DNA of 64,000 nucleotides from NCBI GenBank assembly GCA_021399395.1, contig JAAFKJ010000001.1, positions 7,357 through 71,356 on the forward strand. Direction: 5' to 3'. Of the stretch, positions 9,117 to 16,599 are shown in pieces (positions within the stretch are counted from its first letter, which is position 1; each line of letters begins with the position of its first letter). The stretch is from Candidatus Heimdallarchaeota archaeon (GTDB taxonomy: Archaea > Asgardarchaeota > Heimdallarchaeia > Heimdallarchaeales > Heimdallarchaeaceae). The notes beneath the pieces are model-generated. The model was not told where the DNA came from. It ran no database searches and worked only from the letters and a program-made list of their open reading frames with translations. A program made the position numbers and the translations under genes.

Positions 9117-10313
9117 ATGTCATCAAATACTCATTTCGGGATTGATTTCAACATTAAACCAGGCCAAATTTATCTGGATTCAGCAACAATAGGCAAAATG
9201 CCCATTTCTTCAATAGAAACTATAACTAATTTCTATTCGAATGGAGGAGGTGTTCCAGTTAGAGGGATGTATAATGAAATATCTCAAGCGAATAATATCC
9301 TAGAATCTAATCGTAGAGAACTGGCTAGTATGTTCCAAATAGATCCCATACAGATATCATTTTTCTCTTCTAGAGAAGTTGTTTTGACAAATACATTATA
9401 TTCTCTTCCAGATCTAAAGGATAGGAGAATCGTTTCTAGCATTCTTGAAGAACATTCAGTCATAGCCCCAGCAATAAGAGTAAACAATGATGTAGGAACA
9501 AAAATTGAATACTTAAATCTAGATGATGAAATCGATATTCTTGATAGTATTAATGAAAAAATCAATTCAAAAGAAGATATACTTCTGCTATCATCTCTAA
9601 CTGCAACTAATGGAGTAAAAAGGAATTGGTCAGAAATCACCAAAATATGTCAAGATAATGGTGCAACCTTTATTCTGGATATGAGCTATTCAGTAGGACA
9701 TGAAGAAATACTCTTAAAGGACAATATGCCTGACATAGTCTTTTCATCAGGATGTATTGGTGCGCTAGGACCCCCTGGAACAGCTTTTCAAATAACTACT
9801 AATGAGATATATCCAGATATGGACCCCTTAATTGTTGGGGGAGGTTCCATAATCACTTTAGAAGAAGAATATTATCTTTTGAATTCTGCTGGATCAAAAT
9901 TTGAGACTGGATTGCTAAATATTGCCAACATATCTTCGATGACGAATAGTCTGAAGCTCTTATCTGAGGTGGGCTTCACAAAAATCCAGCAGCATGAAGA
10001 AACACTAATTTCTCACTTGCATAAAGGTCTAAAGGACATAGAAGGTATTGAAGTTAATGAACTCGAGAATGCTGAATATGGGTCTATTGTTTCATTTGGT
10101 AGCGAGCTAATTGAAGCACATGATTTTGCTCTTGTTCTCGAAGATTTGAAAAACATCCAAGTTCGAAGTGGTGCCCTTTGTTCTCATCTGTTCATGTATG
10201 AATTGAAATATTCTGATATAGTAAGGATATCGACACATCTCTATAATACTAAAGAAGAAATAACGATATTATTAGAAACAATATCTTCTCTACTCAAACA
10301 GATGCAAATTTAA
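9117..10313 (+). CDS. second SufS/CsdA-like paralog, also apparently lacking the PLP lysine
   Basis: IYLDSATIG, VGGGSII, FETGLLNIAN, RSGALCSHLF, STHLYNTKEEI. The SGHK position reads SGCIG (9747..9761). Confidence 0.75.
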   Translation: MSSNTHFGIDFNIKPGQIYLDSATIGKMPISSIETITNFYSNGGGVPVRGMYNEISQANNILESNRRELASMFQIDPIQISFFSSREVVLTNTLYSLPDLKDRRIVSSILEEHSVIAPAIRVNNDVGTKIEYLNLDDEIDILDSINEKINSKEDILLLSSLTATNGVKRNWSEITKICQDNGATFILDMSYSVGHEEILLKDNMPDIVFSSGCIGALGPPGTAFQITTNEIYPDMDPLIVGGGSIITLEEEYYLLNSAGSKFETGLLNIANISSMTNSLKLLSEVGFTKIQQHEETLISHLHKGLKDIEGIEVNELENAEYGSIVSFGSELIEAHDFALVLEDLKNIQVRSGALCSHLFMYELKYSDIVRISTHLYNTKEEITILLETISSLLKQMQI

Positions 10314-10368
10314 TAGATATACAGTTAGAGAAAATATTAAAAGCAATTCTTCTTAGGATAGGTTAAGA

Positions 10369-10442
10369 GCACGCATAGTCTAGTGGTAGGACCGAGGCTT
10401 CCCATGCCTCTAACCCGGGTTCGAGTCCCGGTGCGTGCACCA
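10369..10442 (+). tRNA. tRNA-Gly (anticodon CCC), CCA encoded in the genome
   Basis: Acceptor stem GCACGCA/TGCGTGC. Anticodon stem GAGGC/GCCTC with loop TTCCCAT. T arm CCGGG-TTCGAGT-CCCGG. Ends ACCA and is followed by a T-run. It is a G+C-rich island in AT-rich DNA. Confidence 0.9.
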
Positions 10443-10547
10443 GTTAGCTTTTTCCTCTTTCACTCTAATTTAGTTAAATTTCTTGACACAAAGCATTAAT
10501 TTTTAATAGATGAGAGCATATTTTGATGTAGAAGAAGGTGATTTTGG

Positions 10548-10772
10548 GTGGCAAGGTGTCCCGATTGCGGTGGTGAAGTCAAATACAAAGCTCCTTTCAT
10601 GGTCTGTTTGGATTGTGGTTTATCCATGAAAAGATGGGATTTTGACGAACAAAGTAAGAAAATCAAAGCAGAATTTAAAAAAGAAATGGGAGAATCAGAA
10701 GAAGAATCTGATCGAAAAGAAAGACAAAAGAAACGTGATTATCATGATTGGATCATGAAAAAGGAGGATTAA
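10548..10772 (+). CDS. small zinc-ribbon protein with a charged C-terminal tail
   Basis: CPDCGG-x13-CLDCG. GTG start 5 nt after AGGTGAT. Confidence 0.55.
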   Translation: MARCPDCGGEVKYKAPFMVCLDCGLSMKRWDFDEQSKKIKAEFKKEMGESEEESDRKERQKKRDYHDWIMKKED

Positions 10773-10776
10773 GGGA

Positions 10777-11034
10777 TTGACATTAATCGCTCAACACTTA
10801 AAATGTGATTTCAGAGATAGATGTGCGTCATGCAGTAAATATCTGTGGCCACCTAAACAAAAAGGAAGATACTTCTACTGCCCAGACTGCAAGTCAGACA
10901 TTCTCTGTGATCGAGGTCTGATACAAAATTTTACTACTGACAAAGATGGAATCATTCAGAAAAAGAATCTCTGCATGAAATGTAATAATGAAGTAGTAGA
11001 AAGAATGTGGCCAGAAGACGCTTTTGAAATATGA
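10777..11034 (+). CDS. small Cys-rich (zinc-finger-like) protein
   Basis: CASC...CPDC...CMKC pairs. TTG start about 10 nt after AAGGAGGA. Confidence 0.45.
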   Translation: MTLIAQHLKCDFRDRCASCSKYLWPPKQKGRYFYCPDCKSDILCDRGLIQNFTTDKDGIIQKKNLCMKCNNEVVERMWPEDAFEI

Positions 11035-11046
11035 AAAAATAAAATC

Positions 11047-12432
11047 CTATTGGATTATAACATATAATCCAGGATCATCCATGATGTAAATTATTTCATC
11101 AGGTTTTTCAGACATGTAATTTGTTATTTCTCTTCTGAGTGCATCAACTGGTGATTCTTCTGGTTTTTTAATGGGATTAACTCTGTAGTAATCACGTAAT
11201 TGATCAGCATCCCAGTCTGCAATCATTTTTAGGTTACCTTCTCCGATTAATTTGACTATCCTCATAGTATCAACTGGTTTTTGGTTTCCAATTTTGAAGG
11301 TTTCAGTTGTACAGTAATTGTCTAAGATATATTCTAAGCCTTCTTGAAGTGGCATTTCACCTGTTTCTTTCATGACTTGTTCATAATTAGCATTACCGAC
11401 ACCATCTGGAAGAGGTGCTACAGCTATAATTATTCCTGTACCATCTTGCTTTACTGCATTCCAAGCTGCATGTATGCCTTTCCCTGCTTGGTATAGGTTG
11501 ATACCCCAGCTTTGCATTCCACTAACAACAATACCTCCTGCTTTTGGAAGTTTGACTGTTCTCATTTTTACAATGAGATTTTTAGCTTCATCGTGAAGTT
11601 CTACTAGATCTCCAGCATTGAGGTAAACTATTTTACCTTCAGTTACAATTGTATCAATTCCGAAAATTGGTACTTTAGTTTTTAAGATATTTACCATGTT
11701 CTTAATATCTGAAATCACAGGATTATCTTCTGTACTACCTAACCTGCATCCTGGAACAAAACCTAGTTTTCTATCAAACATTCTAGGATGATTTTGTCTA
11801 ACAGTATCTCTGCCTGCTATTCCAGGGCATATTTCTTTTATAGTCCCAGCAACTCCTGCAAAATAGTGCAATTCACTATCTGTTATGGGAACTATGATAG
11901 ATGCTTCAAAAACCAATTTATCAAAAGTCATAGGTGTTCCAGCATCACTAATTCCAATATTAACTCCTTCATCATCACAATCATGTGATACTATATTTGC
12001 TCTATAGTTTTCATAAACAAATTCGCCAACCATCTTTGTTGGATATTCTTCTTCTTTTGGCTCACGATGGGTTCCTGTTGCAATTAAAACCCTAAAATCT
12101 TCTTTTGCTACACCAAGAGAAAGGATTTTTTCTATCATTAAAGGTAATATGATTTTTGTATGAATGTTAGGTCTAGTATAGTCATCAACTGCAAAAACGA
12201 TCGGTTTTCCTTTTTGATACTTTTGCTTTACTAGTTCTTCAAAAGAAATATCATAACCAATTGGATTTTCTAATTTCTTCATTAAAGCTTCCTTTACAGT
12301 TCCTTCAAACATTGGCTTCTTCGAAAACTCAGGAGGATGTAAGAATTTAGTCTGATCCATATATCTGGAGGGAACAAAATTATTTATTGTTTCTGCACCC
12401 CAAGATATTGGTGTGTCTAGATATTCTGTCAT
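11047..12432 (-). CDS. LarA-like (DUF2088) nickel-pincer-cofactor-dependent racemase/epimerase family protein
   Basis: VDDYTRP, ATGTHR, LHYFAGVAGTIKEICPG and RQNH motifs, matching the LarA family as I recall it. Confidence 0.75.
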   Translation of the reverse strand: MTEYLDTPISWGAETINNFVPSRYMDQTKFLHPPEFSKKPMFEGTVKEALMKKLENPIGYDISFEELVKQKYQKGKPIVFAVDDYTRPNIHTKIILPLMIEKILSLGVAKEDFRVLIATGTHREPKEEEYPTKMVGEFVYENYRANIVSHDCDDEGVNIGISDAGTPMTFDKLVFEASIIVPITDSELHYFAGVAGTIKEICPGIAGRDTVRQNHPRMFDRKLGFVPGCRLGSTEDNPVISDIKNMVNILKTKVPIFGIDTIVTEGKIVYLNAGDLVELHDEAKNLIVKMRTVKLPKAGGIVVSGMQSWGINLYQAGKGIHAAWNAVKQDGTGIIIAVAPLPDGVGNANYEQVMKETGEMPLQEGLEYILDNYCTTETFKIGNQKPVDTMRIVKLIGEGNLKMIADWDADQLRDYYRVNPIKKPEESPVDALRREITNYMSEKPDEIIYIMDDPGLYVIIQ

Positions 12433-12528
12433 AAGCTAACCAATTCTAAAGTGTATATAAAATATATCCTTTCGACAAAAAAGCATACCAACAATTAGTT
12501 TTTAATCATCTGAGTTTTTTCTCTTTTC

Positions 12529-14040
12529 ATGGCATTACATGAGATAGCTCTTCACCCCTCTAGAAAAATAAATATTCGTGTTCTAGTGTTTGCTAACCTC
12601 ATTAATGGTCTGATTACAGGTTTTTATAACGTTATTCTCCAACCTTTTATTGTAGAATTAATTCAATTAAATGGCAACAATATCAATCCTGAAGAAACTC
12701 TTGGAACTATAATGACCCTAGCTTCACTAATTATGATATTACCAATGATTTTTGCAGCTAAGCTTAGTGATAAAATTGGTAGAAAGAGGGTGATTCTTGG
12801 AAGTTTCATTTTTCTTCCAATAGCAATGCTCTTTTTAGGAATAGCAGGGCTACTACCCTTAAAGCAGCCCATGTCTTTCTTTACTTTACCAGATGGGCTC
12901 TTAATCGAAATCACGAATTATCCCCATTTCATTAAAAATGGTCTTTCTATTACATATGCACTTGCTGTTGCATTTCTTGGTCTGAGTTGCTTCTCTTTAG
13001 GGATAGGTTTTGGTGATCCAGCAACTGGTGCTTTAACAGCTGAGAGTGCAGAGAAGAAGAAAACCGCATCTTCTTTCAGCTTGATTAATATGGCTTTTTA
13101 CGCAACTGGTTTGATTGGTCCTCTTGTTATAAGAATTTTTACTAACAAAATAGAAATTTGGGTTTACTTCTTTATTCTTGCAGCTTTAAGACTAATCATG
13201 TTTATCTATCAATTGTTTGCGTTAAAGGAACCTCATGTTATCAAGGATTATAGTTCAAGTATCTTCAAACAATTCATCCAATCCTTGAAAGCCATCTATT
13301 TACTGTTTGTTCAGATGTTCAAATCTATATTCCTTTATCTTTCAGTTCCAGTCTATTTTGTTTTAAGAAGAAACAAAGAAAAAGAAAGAGGTAATTACTA
13401 TAGAGATGTTGAGACAAATCTGAATCTTCTAAAAGAGATCTTTCGTAATCCTGGAGTACCTTACGCAATAGGATTTTTCATGTTGGATGCTTTAACCTGG
13501 GGATTGAGCATAAGTATATTCTGGGGTAGTTTAGTCACTCAATATAATTTTGATGAAGGAAATATAGCTGTACTGAATCTCGTTTTCTATTTGAGCACTC
13601 TCATTTTCTTTATTCCAGTAACAAAGATATCAGATAAACTACGTAAACCACAACTCCTTCTCCTAAGTCAACTTACAGGTGGGTTGTTCTTTGCATCAAA
13701 CATAATTGCATATTTTACACTTCCACAGTATAGATTATACATAATTCTAATAGGATGGATCGGGATGGGTGCTAGTGTTGCTTTTTGGATGCCAGGAATA
13801 ATGTCCATACTTACAAATTTTGACAAAAAAAGAAGAGCTGAAGCCTATGGTTTAGTACAGGGATTACATAATCTTGGATGGTTACCAACCTCTTTTCTAG
13901 CTGGGATCATAATTTCAAGAGTCAACTTTCTTGCAGTCTTTATCATTAGTCTAGTTCTCCTTCCATTTAATCTTCTTATGGCTTGGAAGTTTCCTATAAA
14001 AGAAGAGCAGGAAGAAGAGAAATTGAAAGTTGAAAGTTAA
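12529..14040 (+). CDS. MFS-type transporter
   Basis: About 12 hydrophobic segments. The loop motif LSDKIGRKRV is MFS D-R/K-x-G-R-R/K-like. Confidence 0.7.
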   Translation: MALHEIALHPSRKINIRVLVFANLINGLITGFYNVILQPFIVELIQLNGNNINPEETLGTIMTLASLIMILPMIFAAKLSDKIGRKRVILGSFIFLPIAMLFLGIAGLLPLKQPMSFFTLPDGLLIEITNYPHFIKNGLSITYALAVAFLGLSCFSLGIGFGDPATGALTAESAEKKKTASSFSLINMAFYATGLIGPLVIRIFTNKIEIWVYFFILAALRLIMFIYQLFALKEPHVIKDYSSSIFKQFIQSLKAIYLLFVQMFKSIFLYLSVPVYFVLRRNKEKERGNYYRDVETNLNLLKEIFRNPGVPYAIGFFMLDALTWGLSISIFWGSLVTQYNFDEGNIAVLNLVFYLSTLIFFIPVTKISDKLRKPQLLLLSQLTGGLFFASNIIAYFTLPQYRLYIILIGWIGMGASVAFWMPGIMSILTNFDKKRRAEAYGLVQGLHNLGWLPTSFLAGIIISRVNFLAVFIISLVLLPFNLLMAWKFPIKEEQEEEKLKVES

Positions 14041-14055
14041 ATAATATCTGTTTAA

Positions 14056-14904
14056 TCAGAATGGTCTCTTTCCTACTTCGAGATGAAGAATTTCTGAGAG
14101 TTCATCTCCAATTTCATCTAACATAAGATGAATTTGCTCCTCTGCAGTTGGTTTGTAGTAGAAGTATCCGACTAACCAGAAATCGCTCTCTCTACCTGCT
14201 AATTGTTTCAAATACCATCCTTCATTAATCCCTAAAGTATCAATTTGAGAACTTACTAACCTTGTTTTTTCTTTTTCAGTTAAAGAAGACCTCACGAAAA
14301 TATTGCTATCTATTGAAAATGCTGTTAAAAGTTCAGAAAATAATGTGAGACTATTTTTCTCTCGCAATTCATTTTTATTTACTAAACTTAGAACCTTACC
14401 TTGATCAATGTCACCTATGAATAGATCAGCAATAAATAATTTCTCCTCATCTTCCATGTATTTGATTTTTCTGAGGATTTTTTCTAAAAATTCTTGTTTT
14501 ATACTATCCGTTGGGAAATTTTGTGTATATTTTGTGATATCTTGTACTCTAAAGCTAACATCTGTAGGTGGATTATAAAGTTCAAATGATATAAATGGTG
14601 ATAGAACTTCAAAGATAGCTTGTCCTTTAGTTTCTAAATAGGAGTTATTGTCATAAAGGTCAGTAAAGAATACAAATCGTAAAGGATTATTTTCACCTAA
14701 TGGTGAGTAGAGATATATTTTGATATCCTCTAGGGCAGCATTTACTAATGATCTTTCACTTCCTGTACATTCGCTAACAAAGTTGTTCAAGGCACTAATC
14801 ATCGGCCAAATAAGTTCTTCACTTATTTGTATTGAATTATCGTCATAGATGGTTCTACCTAATCCAGTTTCAATATCCATGAAAGCTGCTAAATGTATCA
14901 TCAA
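14056..14904 (-). CDS. hypothetical protein (282 aa)
   Basis: Long ORF with no competing frame and no catalytic motif. Confidence 0.5.
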   Translation of the reverse strand: MMIHLAAFMDIETGLGRTIYDDNSIQISEELIWPMISALNNFVSECTGSERSLVNAALEDIKIYLYSPLGENNPLRFVFFTDLYDNNSYLETKGQAIFEVLSPFISFELYNPPTDVSFRVQDITKYTQNFPTDSIKQEFLEKILRKIKYMEDEEKLFIADLFIGDIDQGKVLSLVNKNELREKNSLTLFSELLTAFSIDSNIFVRSSLTEKEKTRLVSSQIDTLGINEGWYLKQLAGRESDFWLVGYFYYKPTAEEQIHLMLDEIGDELSEILHLEVGKRPF

Positions 14905-15007
14905 GTATCCGAAAGTCTTATTCTAAATAAAACTATTCCCTCGTATCAGATTAAACCATAAGCTTATTAATTAAGTTTAAAACTTTAATAAAAATGCCGA
15001 TGATATT

Positions 15008-15457
15008 ATGCAACTAGAGACTTCTGCGGGGATTGTCGTTTACAATTCTGGTCATTATCTACTACTTAACTACGGACGAAGTCGCATAACAGAGAACCGA
15101 TGGGGTTTGACAAAAGGTCGTATTGAAGAGAATGAAACTGTTATGCAAGCAGCACTAAGAGAGACTTTTGAAGAAACAGGTATTTCAGACATATCCATCT
15201 TAGAAGAATTTCAGCATAAGATAATTTACTATTTTTCCCGAGGATCACACAGAATAAAGAAAACTGTAATTTATCTAATCGGGATATCTCCTGTTAAAGA
15301 AATAACGATATCTAAAGAACATATAGGTTTTCACTGGGCGAAGTACGAAGATGCTTTGGAAATGTTAACTTTTGAAAATACTCGAAAGGTTATAAGAGCC
15401 GCAGAAAGGTATCTGCGAGATAACGAATTAGCGAAAGAACCTTCAGAGGAGAATTGA
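15008..15457 (+). CDS. NUDIX hydrolase
   Basis: Nudix box GRIEENETVMQAALRETFEETGI (GX5EX7REUXEEXGU). Confidence 0.85.
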   Translation: MQLETSAGIVVYNSGHYLLLNYGRSRITENRWGLTKGRIEENETVMQAALRETFEETGISDISILEEFQHKIIYYFSRGSHRIKKTVIYLIGISPVKEITISKEHIGFHWAKYEDALEMLTFENTRKVIRAAERYLRDNELAKEPSEEN

Positions 15458-16024
15458 TTGGCACTTACAGAAGAAGATCTTATATCTAAAACTCCAACTA
15501 TCAAAAAACCAAAAACCTTGAATCCTCTAGGAGCAGTAATTTTTGGTTTGCTATTAGGAATTGGTCATACTCTTATCTATTCTAGTTTGCTTAGAATAAG
15601 GTACTATTGGTATTTCAGTATCTTTGGATTTCTACTAATCGCATTGTCAGTTCTTGTTATAATTGTAGTCATATCTTTAACATCAAAGTCCATATTATTC
15701 ACTCTTAAAATCGAAAAAGTGAAGACTCCTCCAGCACTATCAGTATTACAAATTCTACTATTCTACCTAGGATTCGTACCCATATATGGGTTCAGTATTA
15801 TGTATCTAGAACAAACAATCGAGTTCTGGGAAATTATGGTTACTACTGCAATCGTAGTCGTTCTTTTTGCACTTGCTCTTTTATTGAACATCTTTCTAAT
15901 CAAGAAGGAAAAAGCCAGCCTAGGTCATTTAAAGAAATTTTTCTATCAACCAAAAAAATTACTACTAATAGGTATAGGTATAATGATCTCTTCAATTGTT
16001 ACAGCAATTATTTTCTTGTTTTAG
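15458..16024 (+). CDS. integral membrane protein (about 5 TM)
   Basis: Hydrophobic segments throughout. The start abuts the NUDIX stop. Confidence 0.5.
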   Translation: MALTEEDLISKTPTIKKPKTLNPLGAVIFGLLLGIGHTLIYSSLLRIRYYWYFSIFGFLLIALSVLVIIVVISLTSKSILFTLKIEKVKTPPALSVLQILLFYLGFVPIYGFSIMYLEQTIEFWEIMVTTAIVVVLFALALLLNIFLIKKEKASLGHLKKFFYQPKKLLLIGIGIMISSIVTAIIFLF

Positions 16025-16031
16025 CACATTA

Positions 16032-16412
16032 TCATTGCATAATTCGAAAACCTTCAGCTGTAATTTCTTCTTTGAGCCTTTGAAAAGTTTTAATCGATTC
16101 ATCAAAGTCTACTTTGTTTGAAATAGTTTCAACTCCCTTTAAAGTAGAACCTTTGAATTTCCACATTTCCACGCTATATACGTAAGTGTCAGGTTCTGGT
16201 ATGTGTAAACCACTTCTGTCATAGACATATCCTGATCTTTGTCCAAAAGAGAGCATTAGAATGAACCAATAGTGTGGTCTAGGGTCATCATCATCATCTG
16301 ATGGTTTCTCTAGAGTTATTGTCTCTTCGACAGTTCCACTTTTAGTGTCCGCAGACAGTTTAAGTTTTTGTAAATTCTTATACACATCTGGGTGTAATCT
16401 TTTCGATGACAT
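16032..16412 (-). CDS. hypothetical protein (126 aa)
   Basis: ORF only. It contains a DDDDD acidic run. Confidence 0.45.
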   Translation of the reverse strand: MSSKRLHPDVYKNLQKLKLSADTKSGTVEETITLEKPSDDDDDPRPHYWFILMLSFGQRSGYVYDRSGLHIPEPDTYVYSVEMWKFKGSTLKGVETISNKVDFDESIKTFQRLKEEITAEGFRIMQ

Positions 16413-16599
16413 CTATCAACAGTATCAAAATACACTAATCAGTTAAAAATTTAACTCTTAATTTTAACGAATTTATATATAAAAAACCATTTGCTTAAGT
16501 AAGTGTTATCAAAAAATGGCTGTTAGTATTTAAAAAGGGTTTAAATAATACGGAAGGAATAATCTTCTACATACGGCTCATTACAAGTGTGATTTAGAG

